Shown: positions 28,623 through 39,416, counted from the first letter of the stretch. The stretch is DNA of 64,000 nucleotides from an uncultured Gammaproteobacteria bacterium (GCA_964406795.1 CAYOTA010000004.1:46877-110876), one strand, 5' to 3'. The notes: generated by a model from the letters alone, not told the origin. Numbers and translations: made by a program.

Positions 28623-28993
28623 AGTTCCTCCACCGTCGTCTCAATGCAGTCGTCCTCGGACCACGTGACCGGCCAATGGCGGCACCGCATAAACTCGATT
28701 ACCGCCTTCTCCGACCGCTGCATGAGCCGTCGCTTCATCTCGGACTCACACCCCGCGGGCGTAACCTTGTCCATCGCCGCTTGGTCGATGTTCGTCCGGA
28801 TCGTCAGGCTCGCTCCGGTCGCCCTCACCACCGCGTGACCCAACCGCGTCTCGTCGCCTCCGAAAGCCGAAGTGCGATAGACGAGCGACACTTTGAACTC
28901 GCGGAACCCATTGGTTTGGGCTTCCGGTTCACGTCTGCCGCGCCCGCCGCGCATCCAACTTCCGAATCCAGTTCGCTTCGAGTAGGTCTTCAT
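28619..28993 (-). CDS. hypothetical protein (~124 aa, MKTYSKRTGFGSW)
   Basis: RBS GGAAGGAAACGAA before ATG. Confidence 0.5.
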   Translation of the reverse strand: MKTYSKRTGFGSWMRGGRGRREPEAQTNGFREFKVSLVYRTSAFGGDETRLGHAVVRATGASLTIRTNIDQAAMDKVTPAGCESEMKRRLMQRSEKAVIEFMRCRHWPVTWSEDDCIETTVEEL

Positions 28994-29012
28994 TTCGTTT
29001 CCTTCCTTCAAT

Positions 29013-29230
29013 TCATGGTGTGGGACACCTGCGGACCGCATGCGTGTCGTTCAAGTACTCGGTGAAGCTTGCCGCTCGCGTCTTGCTTCTTGCCGCATCA
29101 CGGAATGCCTCAGTCTCAGCTTCCGTTTTCGGACGGAACATCACTTTGGACTCCACCCTGGCCTTGATGCGAGCTTCGGCGGCAAGCGCGGCGTGGCGCA
29201 TCTCCAACGCTTGATCTCGGTGCTTCATCG
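29013..29230 (-). CDS. hypothetical protein (72 aa, MKHRDQALEMRH)
   Basis: ATGA overlap. Confidence 0.4.
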
Positions 29231-29449
29231 GTTGCGATCCTGGTTGTCCCAAAGATCCTGGCACCATCGGCCAGCCTCCCGGTACCGACCGTTGACGTTG
29301 ATCCGTCGTTCCATCCCGCACCGGCAACTTTCGGTGATCGTCACTCCTCCGTGCGCTGCCGGGTTCGGTCCTCGGACAGAATTGTGAACCGGACCCATGA
29401 ACGGACGTTCGCGGGTCAATTCTCTAACCGGTGCATGTCGGTGCTTCAT
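29225..29449 (-). CDS. small Cys-containing protein (74 aa, MKHRHAPVREL)
   Basis: ATGA overlap. Confidence 0.4.
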   Translation of the reverse strand: MKHRHAPVRELTRERPFMGPVHNSVRGPNPAAHGGVTITESCRCGMERRINVNGRYREAGRWCQDLWDNQDRNR

Positions 29450-29739
29450 CGTGTTCCTTCAGCTTTGGCAATGACGTTACGGATTTTCTCCATCTCGTCC
29501 CGGGTCAGCACCACCACGGTTGCCGCCACATTCCCAGCAATCGCCTTGAGCACCTCCAGCAGCTCTGGCGCCGCGGCAATCAGGCGGGTGTTCGCCTCAT
29601 CTTCGGGCGATCCCTCGTGATGCACGGCGGCCACGCGCACCGAATCATCGGCTGTGTTGATGACGCGGGACGCGCCATCGAAATCTCTGTACGCCCCGCG
29701 CTCGCAGGCTTTCCACGGTCCAGGCGTGTGGGTGCTCAT
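29446..29739 (-). CDS. hypothetical protein (97 aa, MSTHTPGPWKACERG)
   Basis: ATGA overlap. Confidence 0.5.
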   Translation of the reverse strand: MSTHTPGPWKACERGAYRDFDGASRVINTADDSVRVAAVHHEGSPEDEANTRLIAAAPELLEVLKAIAGNVAATVVVLTRDEMEKIRNVIAKAEGTR

Positions 29740-30070
29740 CGCGCATCTCCATCGATAAGGATGTCGGTGAGCGCGATTCCATCGGTCGCCACCTGCTCAG
29801 GCTCCCCGAGAATATCGCCGCAGCCCAGACCGAACAGAACCGCCTCGGTCCGCGACAGGAACCACGCCGGCTCCTGACCAGAGTTGGCCTCGCGCCAGCC
29901 CCAGAGCGAACTGATGGCCATCCCGCTCCCGTTGTCGAACAAGTACAGCTCGCCCGAACTGTACCGGACGAGGCTGATCCCGGAGTCGCCCTCGCCGATC
30001 TCGCGGGACTCGGTGATCGTCAGGCCAGACTCAAGCTGGCGTCGGTGGGTGATCGATGATTCGAATTGCA
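29736..30070 (-). CDS. hypothetical protein (~111 aa, MQFESSITHRRQ)
   Basis: Internal Met of track ORF 29736..30128. Confidence 0.4.
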
Positions 30071-30242
30071 TGCGTTTCCTTCCTGAAATTGTCCCGCTCT
30101 CAGTTATTCGGTCGGCGCCGTCACGCACCGTTTGCCCTACTCAGGCACCGAGTCTGGAGCGGGTCCCCGCAAATCTCACGTAAGGATTCAGCGGGGGAAA
30201 GTTCGGTTTTCTGCCGGGATGTTCCACGTGGAACATTTCCGA

Positions 30243-30458
30243 CTATTCTCCATCCTCCGTGGTGATCAGCGCCATCGCTCGAGCCCCAGTCTCGTCGGCG
30301 CGCATTGCCGACACCGACGGATAGCAGTAGATGCCGTTCGGCGCCTCTAAGGATCGGACGCGAGCGACCCCGCATTCTCGGCGGACGATCCGGTATGCCT
30401 CCGCAATGCTGTCGGCGCGAAGGGCAGAGCGGCTCTGGAATCTGATCTGGTATTTCAT
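30243..30458 (-). CDS. hypothetical protein (71 aa, MKYQIRFQSRS)
   Basis: RBS CAGGAAACGAAT before ATG. Confidence 0.45.
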   Translation of the reverse strand: MKYQIRFQSRSALRADSIAEAYRIVRRECGVARVRSLEAPNGIYCYPSVSAMRADETGARAMALITTEDGE

Positions 30459-30826
30459 ATTCGTTTCCTGTCTGTCGCCATCCCAGTCCCGGGGTCCTGA
30501 CGACGGAAAAACCATAGCCGATGGACCCGGAGTTGTCTACAGAATTCGTCATCGATTCGGCGCCCATCGCCCATCCGGACAGCCCGGGAGTCCGCGCCAC
30601 GGCCAGCGCCGGCCCGGCGACCGCCAGCAACCTGCCTTCGGGTGGCAGCACCGGGTCGCGCCATCCGCGAACCACTGGCAGCCCGCACGGCAAGCCGCCT
30701 CCCTGCCCGCCAGCAACGCCGTAATCGCCTCCCGGCTCAATCCACCCGGACCCGGTGCCATCGGCGCGCCTGAGGCCGCCCTAGGGCCGCCCTTGGGCCT
30801 GATAATGCGGGCATCGACGCGGAAGT

Positions 30827-33800
30827 TCACGCGAAGGGGACGGTCAGGGTCGGGGTGTCGAACGCGAGGATGTCGGCAGTAACGCCCCGGCTCTGCCCGT
30901 TACCGTCGCAGATCGTGATGTCCCATCCGTGCCACGTGTCGTGCACGGTCAACCCCGGCGATTCCAAACGTCCCGTGAATGATTGACAGGTCACGGTCTC
31001 GACCGTGGTCGGGCGCCAGCCAAGCCAAGGACCTCCGGGAGCGATCTGCCACGTATCGCCGTTGCATTCCTCGCGTTCACCAATGTCCATCGTCGAAAAT
31101 CTGGTCCAAGTGACGTCCCTCCTCGTCATTCGCATCATGAACGATGGGGAGTCATTGAACAGGCTACGCCACGTCTCCGGAAACGCCTCGGTGATGTCCG
31201 AGTTTTCAAGATTCCACCGGAACTCAACAGCCTCACGATAGGTGTAGAGCACCCAATTCGATCCGTCGCAATCGCCATTCAGCCACGACGATGACTCAAC
31301 ACCTTCCCCTACCGTGTCCATCCACGTGCCAAGGCTTGGGTCAGGCGCCACCGAACCGCTGCCGGCAGTCAGCCACACCTCGGAAGTTCCATCGCACGGC
31401 ACGCCGCCTCCAGTTGCATCCACCGCACCGACTGGATCATATCGCTCCCCTCGGTTCCGGCGCATCTGCGGAATCGCCGGGACCATCACGCGCACGGTCG
31501 TAAGGAGGTTTACAGCCGATGACAGTTCATTGAACTGGCTGGCCATCGCGTCCGTGTTTGGCAACGGACCAAATCCTTGCTGGTTCTCGCCACCAGAAAC
31601 GTCCTGAGGAATGGTCGTCATCCACCGGTTGCCGAACGCTTGGAGACAGAGGTTTTCGAAGCTGAAGTCAAAGGTCGAACTCGTGCTGTGCTCGCATGCG
31701 TAGCTCGCCGTCGTCTCCCCATCGACGTACCCCTCGCACATCGCACGGAGGTAAAGTTCCATAACTCGGAAAGCATCGTGCTCAAATCTCGTGTCATGAA
31801 CATTCTGCGCATCGTTTCCATCGTCGTATGGTTCAGGAATCAGTTTCGTCAACCGCAATGTAGGGTAGCATGACCCAAACGGATTGTCGGGTAATCCTGA
31901 CGCAACACCGTTGATCGCCTCATCGCCGATGCGGACCTGGCAATGCGTGCCGTTTGTCTGGTGGACGAGGTAATCTCTAATTCCGTTCTCGGCAGTTCGG
32001 TATTCCTCGTTTCCAAGCGTAATAAGGTCCCATGACGCGACATCGCGAGGAATCACAGAATCCGCCGAATCACAATGGTGCAAGCGTCCAGTCAACGTCA
32101 CCCTAAGCACCTCGTCGTGCGTTGTCCCGCTGTCCCATTCCACGCTCTCGATCTCAATGTCCGGCTCATAGATGCGACAGGAGCGGTAGAAGTTGGCGCG
32201 ATACGCCTCGCACGTCGGGTCTCCAAAGCAAAGGGTCGTGTTCGCGTTGGAAATTCCACCGACCGTGACGCCCATTTCCGCGTAATTGTAGCCGCTTGGT
32301 GACTCCGGAGTGATGACGTATCCGCCGGCATGATTTCCGAATGCCATGTGGTTCAGAAGCATCCGGTCCCCGCCAACTTCCGGGCCATAGAAATGGCATC
32401 GGTTGAGCGTGCTCCAGTAGTCGGTGAACGCCCCCGGCTTCCAAATCGAGCTCTCGCTCGGGTGGTATGGACGAGTCTCCACCCCAAGCACCCAGCGGTT
32501 GCTGTAGTCCTGAGGTGGTGCGACCAACCGAATTCCGTCCGCGTCGTAAAGCTCGGTGCCGCCCTCGTAGGTGGTGGCTCCAAGGACCCCAACGAACTCC
32601 TCGCCCGCCTGGTATACCCGATCCTGATACCGGATGTTCCCCGTGCGTACCAGATAGCGCCGCCCACGCCGGATCTCGCCCGACGGAATCCTATCACGGT
32701 CAGGGCCAATGCCTCCCCAAGCGTCTGCAGGCGCCGAGCCAGCCAAGCCCATGACGTGCCGGCGAAAGTACAAGATCGACTTCCCGCCGCTCACCTCATA
32801 GCCAACCATCTCCTCGCGCCGGATCACCCGCACCACCTGGGAGAGCCGGCGGAACACGTCGAACACCGCGTTTTGATTCACCTCCGCCCACGCCGGCTGA
32901 GTCTCGGGCTGCCCGCTGATGTTCCAGATGCAACCCTTTGCGAAGTACGAGTCCGACAATTCAGTCGCCTGCGTTTCGTACAGACCAACTCCATCCGGAG
33001 CCCCTTGGCTGGCAAACGCCGCCCGGCAAAGCACAAACGCATCATGTATGCCCGGCTTGTACGCATACAACTCGGTGAACTCGATCAGCAGTTGCGCATT
33101 ACCGGTGTCGCGAAGCGTCAAGCTGGTTCCGAGCACCACCTTCATCTTCGGTCGCCATGCGGGCGTCGTCATCATCCAGATTTGTCGCACCGATCCGTTC
33201 TCGTCGGGCGTGATGATCTTCGACTCCACCATCGTCCCGTCGTCCCAGAGTTCGATGGTGACCGCCGAGGCCAAGTCATCGGCGACAATCAAGGCCGAGG
33301 CGCAGACGAATCCTTCCGCCCATTCGTGCACATTTCCATCTCCAGTGAACGGCACCACTGCTCCCGAAGGAGCGTTGTCACGCAATTGGACCGTCGGATA
33401 GCTCGGCTGGATCGATCCAGCCGTCTCGGTACCGATGCTCGGAGATAGGTGATATTGCGACGCGAAGAACCTTTGGAAATCGAAGGCGTTCCCAAGATGG
33501 TAGCTCTGATTGCGCCGGTCTTCAGCGGTGCCCCTAAACTCCGAGACGAACGCATTGAGCACTCGTGGGATTCCCTGGCTCGCGGTCTTGCGCAGGTACG
33601 CCTCGCCCGTGTACGGCCCTTCGATCCACTCGGTGAACGGCAAGATCGTCGCTGTCCCATCGTATTGGAACACGATGTACGCCCACGGTAGGTACGCGAT
33701 GCCTCCAACGTGGGTCGGTTCCTCGGGACAAGACCCGCTGAATGTCGCGGTCGATCCGTCCACCAAGCTCGTGAAGAACGGCTGGTAGTTCGTGATCTCC

Positions 33801-34390
33801 GGATCGACGCACGACGATGAATCGACTGGTGGTGTTGGCAAATAACCACCGTAGGCGTTCCCGTGCGGCGACGTGAGTGATGCCCTGATCTTCCAGTGCT
33901 CCCGTGCCAGAGTGAAGGCCGGGCTCGCCAGTCCTCTGGTGTTCGGATCGTAGGCTCCCCTCTGAAGTTTCGCGAGCGTCCACGCCGTCTCGTCATCAGG
34001 CTCTTCGATCAGCCACGGCAGATCATAGAACCTCGTGTTCTCGTCGTTCAGATTGATGGCCGATGCTCCAAACACGTAGGCGTTGATGAACGCCGCCACG
34101 TTCGCCCCTTCGAAGTCACCAGGACCGCTAAGCGGCCATTGGACGTCCTCGGGCTTGAGGTGCTGATAGATGGTGAAAAACTCGTGGTTCGGAGGGAACG
34201 CAAAAAATCCCTCACCCGGATTGCGAATCTGACGGCAGAGCGACAGAAGGTAGAAGAAAAGGCGGAACGTCGGATCGCCCAAGCCCGACTTGAGGCGGTC
34301 ATTGAACGCCGCGGCAAGCTGCGCGAACTGCGATGACGTGATTCGGTCACCGGTTGCAACGGTTGGCGCCCGAGTGAACGTGACGGCCAT
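30827..34390 (-). CDS. giant virion/tail-associated protein (1187 aa)
   Basis: Largest ORF of the tail module, downstream of TMP and Dit-like genes. Confidence 0.6.
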   Translation of the reverse strand: MAVTFTRAPTVATGDRITSSQFAQLAAAFNDRLKSGLGDPTFRLFFYLLSLCRQIRNPGEGFFAFPPNHEFFTIYQHLKPEDVQWPLSGPGDFEGANVAAFINAYVFGASAINLNDENTRFYDLPWLIEEPDDETAWTLAKLQRGAYDPNTRGLASPAFTLAREHWKIRASLTSPHGNAYGGYLPTPPVDSSSCVDPEITNYQPFFTSLVDGSTATFSGSCPEEPTHVGGIAYLPWAYIVFQYDGTATILPFTEWIEGPYTGEAYLRKTASQGIPRVLNAFVSEFRGTAEDRRNQSYHLGNAFDFQRFFASQYHLSPSIGTETAGSIQPSYPTVQLRDNAPSGAVVPFTGDGNVHEWAEGFVCASALIVADDLASAVTIELWDDGTMVESKIITPDENGSVRQIWMMTTPAWRPKMKVVLGTSLTLRDTGNAQLLIEFTELYAYKPGIHDAFVLCRAAFASQGAPDGVGLYETQATELSDSYFAKGCIWNISGQPETQPAWAEVNQNAVFDVFRRLSQVVRVIRREEMVGYEVSGGKSILYFRRHVMGLAGSAPADAWGGIGPDRDRIPSGEIRRGRRYLVRTGNIRYQDRVYQAGEEFVGVLGATTYEGGTELYDADGIRLVAPPQDYSNRWVLGVETRPYHPSESSIWKPGAFTDYWSTLNRCHFYGPEVGGDRMLLNHMAFGNHAGGYVITPESPSGYNYAEMGVTVGGISNANTTLCFGDPTCEAYRANFYRSCRIYEPDIEIESVEWDSGTTHDEVLRVTLTGRLHHCDSADSVIPRDVASWDLITLGNEEYRTAENGIRDYLVHQTNGTHCQVRIGDEAINGVASGLPDNPFGSCYPTLRLTKLIPEPYDDGNDAQNVHDTRFEHDAFRVMELYLRAMCEGYVDGETTASYACEHSTSSTFDFSFENLCLQAFGNRWMTTIPQDVSGGENQQGFGPLPNTDAMASQFNELSSAVNLLTTVRVMVPAIPQMRRNRGERYDPVGAVDATGGGVPCDGTSEVWLTAGSGSVAPDPSLGTWMDTVGEGVESSSWLNGDCDGSNWVLYTYREAVEFRWNLENSDITEAFPETWRSLFNDSPSFMMRMTRRDVTWTRFSTMDIGEREECNGDTWQIAPGGPWLGWRPTTVETVTCQSFTGRLESPGLTVHDTWHGWDITICDGNGQSRGVTADILAFDTPTLTVPFA

Positions 34391-34393
34391 GCT

Positions 34394-34789
34394 CTACACC
34401 TCGCAAATCCACCATTGGACGAGCGCAGTTCCCGCAGATGTGGCGACCATGAAAATCTTGTCGCAATCGATTCCACGAAAACTGGCGGCCTCTCCGGGTC
34501 CAAGAACCGACAATACCGAGTCCGCATCGAAAGTGGCCAGCGTGGACACCTTCACCGACAGCGCGGCATCCAGATTCTTCACCACGAAATGCACGGAACC
34601 ATTGATGTCCGTGCCGTTGAACGCAAGAGCCTCAGCCGTGCTGGCATGATACTCGATGCTCTGCGTTCCGGTCTGCATATCCGTTCCGGTCATATCGACC
34701 GTGTCGGAGAGCGTTCCTGAGTTGATTGCAGCTCCTCCGTTCGAAACGGATAGCGAGACGGCGTATGTGATTGCGTTGGCGGTTGGCAT
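34394..34789 (-). CDS. hypothetical structural protein (131 aa)
   Basis: ORF directly upstream of the giant gene. Confidence 0.45.
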   Translation of the reverse strand: MPTANAITYAVSLSVSNGGAAINSGTLSDTVDMTGTDMQTGTQSIEYHASTAEALAFNGTDINGSVHFVVKNLDAALSVKVSTLATFDADSVLSVLGPGEAASFRGIDCDKIFMVATSAGTALVQWWICEV

Positions 34790-34819
34790 GTTGATTGCGT
34801 GTTGAGTGTTTGACCTGCA

Positions 34820-35019
34820 TCAGCCCCAGCGCGGGACGTTCGATCCTGTTCCGCTTCCGGTCTGAGATTCCTTGGACTTCACGCGAATGGTCGTCCCTTC
34901 GCTGGTGGTGCTTATGCTGATACCCGACCCACCCTTGATCGTCGCAGTCCGGATCGCACGATCCTGTTTCCTCAGGTAATCGCCGGCTTTCGTTTGTCTT
35001 GGAGTTGTGCCGTTCATAG
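34820..35019 (-). CDS. small protein (66 aa, MNGTTPRQTKAGDY)
   Basis: ATGA overlap with the Dit-like gene stop. Confidence 0.4.
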
Positions 35020-35934
35020 AATCAATCCGTATCGCACCTCGTCGAATGCCTGCCATCCCCAGTATTCTTGGGTCAGGACCCGTTTTCCGTCGGAGCTGAT
35101 GTCCACCGACGGGAACCGCTTCTGCCACACCCAAGAATCATCGCCGTTCATCGTCTCCAGCGTATCAATGCCAATGACAAGAGCGGTGTCCAGAGTTGGC
35201 TCAGCCGCCTTCAGCGACGGCCAACTGTAGGCCCGTCCGGTGCTCGCGAACGATGCTTGTGTCGCCGAATTCGAACGCAGCACCGTGACCTTCCGAATCA
35301 CCGGTTGCGCGAATTCCCACTCGTCCCGCTCCAACGCCAATTCCTTGAACAACCAGCGCCGACGCCACAAGCGGTCAGCCGATGTGTCTCCGAATGCCCC
35401 CGCGAAGTATGGGTCTTGACCAGGAATCGCTAGGACATTCGCATTCGTGAACGTCTCCAGGTCCTCCACACCGCCGTATTCCTCGCTATCAGCCATTCGC
35501 TTCCGGTATATCCTCAAGATGTAGAGAAGCTCGCCGACCGCCATCTGACCAAGGCTATAGGGATTCCGAATCGTCGGTTCAACCGAACTGTACTTCGGAT
35601 GCGTCAGCAACGGAAGGTTGTGAATGTTCCCTCCGATGGACCATGCGTCCAAGATCGGGTCCTTGGCCGTGATCGATCCGATGTCCTCGTCGTTCGTTCC
35701 GGAATTGCTGGCATAGAGAATCGCAACGACCGCAACCGGCCCTTCGTAGGTAATGGTGATCTCGGTCACCGCCGGGTGTACGGTCGTCAGGAACCCAGAG
35801 AGATTTTCCTTCGGCCCTCGAAACGTACGGCCTCGCGTCCATCCGGTGTCCTGTCGGTATCGCGGGTCCTCCGCGCCCTCAACGAATCCGTAGGCATCAG
35901 CCGCTCCCGCCGCATAGAAGAAGGTGCCGCTCAT
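35014..35934 (-). CDS. distal-tail (Dit)-like protein (306 aa)
   Basis: Position immediately after the tape-measure gene; ATGA overlap. Confidence 0.4.
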   Translation of the reverse strand: MSGTFFYAAGAADAYGFVEGAEDPRYRQDTGWTRGRTFRGPKENLSGFLTTVHPAVTEITITYEGPVAVVAILYASNSGTNDEDIGSITAKDPILDAWSIGGNIHNLPLLTHPKYSSVEPTIRNPYSLGQMAVGELLYILRIYRKRMADSEEYGGVEDLETFTNANVLAIPGQDPYFAGAFGDTSADRLWRRRWLFKELALERDEWEFAQPVIRKVTVLRSNSATQASFASTGRAYSWPSLKAAEPTLDTALVIGIDTLETMNGDDSWVWQKRFPSVDISSDGKRVLTQEYWGWQAFDEVRYGLIL

Positions 35935-37178
35935 ATTCCACCACCATTCTCCCGTACGGCTTCGATCAACCGATTGGTCGCCGACACCTCGCGCTTCAAC
36001 TCGTCCAGCATCCGGCTTTGAATGGTCAGGAGCTTGGCGTTCAGATCGCGTTCACCGGCTGCCACGTACATCCCGGACGACGAACCGGAGCGAAGCGTCG
36101 AGAACATGGAGTTGACCCCGGAAATGTCGGACCGAAGTCCCTGCGCCCGATCTTGTAGCGCCCCCCTGAATCGCGTCACCTCCGCACGTTCGCGGTCGCG
36201 TCGTGCCTTGTCCGCTTCCTTCTCGGATTTGTCCGCCGCCTTCTCCTTGCGCTTCGCCGTATCGGAGTCGAGTTCGGCCCGCCTCTTGTCGGCCATCGCC
36301 CCGGCCTGAGCATCGACGCCGCCCATGCCACCCAGCCACTTCGGACGGTTGCCGACCGACTCCCACGACATGCGTTCCCCATGACTTGACAGCCACTCTC
36401 CGGCCTTCGTCAAACCAACTCCCTTAGCGGCATTCCCGAGCGCACTCGCGCCAAGCCCGATAGCGCCCTGGGCGACGTTTGCGGTCGCGCCCCAGATCTC
36501 GCCAAGGACCTTCTTCACACCCGCCCACAGTGTCGCGATGGCAACGCCCAACGAAGCCAGCCCCTCGGTCGCGCCCTCGCTGACCTCCATCAGCTTCTTC
36601 CGCTCTTCGACCGCCGCCTGTGCTGCCTGTGACCGCTCGTACGCCTCGGAGAACACCGCATGGATCGTTCGCCCGATGGCCATCACCATCGCCACCACTC
36701 CGCCAAGGCCACCGGCCCCCATGTCCTGTCCACCGAGTCCACCTAGGCCAAGGCTCGCCATTCCAGCGCCGGCCATGCGCATCACCGGCGACCCTGATTT
36801 TCTCTCCCTCCCGCCTCTCCCCGCGCTTCCACCGCCGGCACCGATCCCGGCGGCCATCGCGTCGATCCCGGACAAGCGGTTTCGAATGATCGCCGCCTGC
36901 CGCGACGACCCACGCTCTTCCGCGTAAGCCAATTGCTTCGCCAAGTTCAAGCGACGCTCCTCCAGCACCACGAGCTTCTGGGTTTCGCTGAGGCGATTGA
37001 ATCGTCGAAGGCGCTCCTCAGCCGCCGCCTGGGCCTTCAGACTGTTCAGCCGTGCCCGGTCCAGCTTCGCCGCCTCAGCACCGAGCTTCCGCAGGTCGTC
37101 CTGCGCTTTCTTGGTGCCAGCCCCAAATTGCTGCTCCTCGGCCACCAGCTCAACGATGTACCGGCTTCGGTCTTCCAT
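35931..37178 (-). CDS. tail tape measure-like protein (415 aa)
   Basis: Coiled-coil N- and C-terminal regions flanking a Gly-rich hydrophobic core. Confidence 0.55.
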   Translation of the reverse strand: MEDRSRYIVELVAEEQQFGAGTKKAQDDLRKLGAEAAKLDRARLNSLKAQAAAEERLRRFNRLSETQKLVVLEERRLNLAKQLAYAEERGSSRQAAIIRNRLSGIDAMAAGIGAGGGSAGRGGRERKSGSPVMRMAGAGMASLGLGGLGGQDMGAGGLGGVVAMVMAIGRTIHAVFSEAYERSQAAQAAVEERKKLMEVSEGATEGLASLGVAIATLWAGVKKVLGEIWGATANVAQGAIGLGASALGNAAKGVGLTKAGEWLSSHGERMSWESVGNRPKWLGGMGGVDAQAGAMADKRRAELDSDTAKRKEKAADKSEKEADKARRDRERAEVTRFRGALQDRAQGLRSDISGVNSMFSTLRSGSSSGMYVAAGERDLNAKLLTIQSRMLDELKREVSATNRLIEAVRENGGGI

Positions 37179-37187
37179 GCGTGTGCC

Positions 37188-37829
37188 TCAGACGTACTTC
37201 CGTTTCCAGTCGGTCGGTAGCCCAGCCTCGGCCCTGCCTTGTTCCTCGTCCTCGGCCATCACACGCCGGGTAAACTCGTCAAAGCTCTCGGTGGGTTCGC
37301 CACGAATCGTCAGCGCCCCGTCCATCGCCTGTTGATGATCTATGTTCCACAGCAACCGTCGCAGCGGTTCATCCATCGCCTCATCACAGGTCTGACCGCG
37401 CTCCATACACCACGCGACCCAGAACGCGAGGCTCGATCCCTTTAGGCTCACCGACCGCTTCTGATCTCGCTTCGTGTTCGGACGTTCCAGGCTCAGGTTG
37501 ATATACCGGACCACCCTGGCCCGCATCACCAACCGTTGTTCGGAGGTGTACCCGCGACGCCAGATCCAATCCATGATGCGCAACCCGAGTCCAGATGCCC
37601 GACCACTCAACATCCGCTCTGCCTTACGCCAGCCACGCGAGCAAACCCGGATGACTTGAAGAACGTCGATATCGTCCGGGGCATCTTCGCTCCACCATAA
37701 GAGCCGGCAGTTGATTGATGGCGTGCTCAACAGCACGGCATGCCCAAGCGTCATCGGAAGCAGACTTCGCCCGAAGACGTGAATCGTCGCCGGATGACAG
37801 ACCTCCGCATATTGAGCGTCGATGTTCAC
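37188..37829 (-). CDS. hypothetical protein (213 aa), possible tail assembly chaperone
   Basis: Position between tube-like and tape-measure genes. Confidence 0.35.
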   Translation of the reverse strand: MNIDAQYAEVCHPATIHVFGRSLLPMTLGHAVLLSTPSINCRLLWWSEDAPDDIDVLQVIRVCSRGWRKAERMLSGRASGLGLRIMDWIWRRGYTSEQRLVMRARVVRYINLSLERPNTKRDQKRSVSLKGSSLAFWVAWCMERGQTCDEAMDEPLRRLLWNIDHQQAMDGALTIRGEPTESFDEFTRRVMAEDEEQGRAEAGLPTDWKRKYV

Positions 37830-38287
37830 GTCGCGGCTGTCATTGCTGCGCCTCCGTACTGAACCAGAGGCATCGTGTAAGAGATGAAGCCTTCGCTGGT
37901 CAGCCCCATCGTTGCTCCACCAAAGTAGTTGTAGTCTCCATCGATGTCGCCTCCGAATCCCGCCAATGTAACCTTATAGGTTGCGGGTGTAGCGGCAGAG
38001 AACCCGGGGAAGATCGCGCTGGTCTTGGCGGCTGTTTCGCTTTGCGCGGCACCGCTTGGTGCGGTCGGAACCCATTCGAGAGTCAGACGCTTGCGTCGAT
38101 TCTCCGTCGCGGCTCCCACCACAGCTCCCGTCTTGTTCGGAAGCTCGACCATGTCCATTTCGTCCGTCAGACCAACGGAACGGCTGACCATGTCGTCATC
38201 TCCGATGGCCACAGATCCGGTCCCAGTAAACGCAATGGTTCCAGGAATCCCTCGCACCGCAACACGTCCAAAGTATGTTACGCTCAT
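37826..38287 (-). CDS. major tail/tube-like protein (153 aa)
   Basis: Size, composition and position upstream of chaperone and TMP. Confidence 0.4.
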   Translation of the reverse strand: MSVTYFGRVAVRGIPGTIAFTGTGSVAIGDDDMVSRSVGLTDEMDMVELPNKTGAVVGAATENRRKRLTLEWVPTAPSGAAQSETAAKTSAIFPGFSAATPATYKVTLAGFGGDIDGDYNYFGGATMGLTSEGFISYTMPLVQYGGAAMTAAT

Positions 38288-38297
38288 AGTCTGCCTT

Positions 38298-38804
38298 TCA
38301 TTCTGTCGTTGCTTCTCTCAAGTCAAGTACCACATCCGCATTGGCTCGAACCCTCCAGATCAACCTTGGCTGTTGAACCTGCATCGCGATTTCTTGCACA
38401 TCAATCTTGCTCCATCCTTGGGACTCTAATGCCTGTTGATCGATTGCCGCCGCGCATAGCTCAGCCAGTTGCATCGCCGTGACCGGCGATGGGTTCCGGT
38501 CGTTGCGGTTCAACCGCAGTTCCTCACCAACCAAAATCTCAATCGCCACCCGCCATGTACGATTCCTTAGAAACGTGCGGCTTGGGGTTTGCACGAAGAC
38601 CGCCAATGGATCGTTCGCCCCTTCCCATACCTGAATCGCGGCCTCCAATGGTCCAACGTTCTCGCTGAATACCTTCACCGCCTGACTGTGAATCAACTCA
38701 TGATTCTCGATCAGCTTTACGACAAACGCTTGGAACGCGCCCATCGGACTGCGATAGACCGTCCGCAAGATGTCGCTGGCGAATTTGTTGTCGAGATGCC
38801 TCAC
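38298..38804 (-). CDS. hypothetical protein (168 aa)
   Basis: Clean ORF. Confidence 0.45.
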   Translation of the reverse strand: MRHLDNKFASDILRTVYRSPMGAFQAFVVKLIENHELIHSQAVKVFSENVGPLEAAIQVWEGANDPLAVFVQTPSRTFLRNRTWRVAIEILVGEELRLNRNDRNPSPVTAMQLAELCAAAIDQQALESQGWSKIDVQEIAMQVQQPRLIWRVRANADVVLDLREATTE

Positions 38805-39028
38805 GGCTTAGGACCTTTCTGACCGAAGTAAAACCCAAGCGCAAGAAGTCCCATGGAATACAGAGGCTCGGTCACCTCAATGCGAAGCACCGACATTGCG
38901 CAGATCGTCCAGACAAGAAACAGGGACAGCCAAGCACGGATCGAGATTCCGAAGGCAACGCTGGTAGTGCCTTCGGATTCCGAAGCTGTCGCGATCTCCT
39001 GAACTTCAACCTTCGGATCTTCGGTCAT
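38801..39028 (-). CDS. small two-TM membrane protein (75 aa), holin-like
   Basis: Hydrophobic segments FGISIRAWLSLFLVWTICAM and LYSMGLLALGFYF. Confidence 0.4.
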   Translation of the reverse strand: MTEDPKVEVQEIATASESEGTTSVAFGISIRAWLSLFLVWTICAMSVLRIEVTEPLYSMGLLALGFYFGQKGPKP

Positions 39029-39416
39029 GTTTCCTCCGTAGTTTCAGAAGTCGATCCACGCTTTCGTCGACTTCGGTCTGCATCTGCGGTTTGACCTCCC
39101 CGTCCAATAAATCGCACAGCCGTTGTAGGCTGCGTGCAGTTTCAACAGCCGCCACCTGCGACTCGTGCGCCATGATGTCCTTGGCCCGGCTCTGCCACCA
39201 CGCGAACGCCATCGCGCAGAAGCTAAACACAACCGCAAGGTAGGTGACACCGCTGCTCTCTGCCTTCTCGGCAACCGTCAGCGCAGCCTTGGTGGCCATC
39301 TCGACCTGAGCCACGACCGCCGCACCGGTGAGCACCAGTGCGATTGCCCAGAGGACAAACGACGCGGCTGGTCTGATCTTGCCTTGCATGGCCCACCTTG
39401 CCTCGTTGTTGCTCAT
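39006..39416 (-). CDS. membrane protein (136 aa) with two TM segments and C-terminal coiled coil
   Basis: AASFVLWAIALVLTGAAVVA and YLAVVFSFCAMAFAWW segments. Confidence 0.4.
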   Translation of the reverse strand: MSNNEARWAMQGKIRPAASFVLWAIALVLTGAAVVAQVEMATKAALTVAEKAESSGVTYLAVVFSFCAMAFAWWQSRAKDIMAHESQVAAVETARSLQRLCDLLDGEVKPQMQTEVDESVDRLLKLRRKHDRRSEG

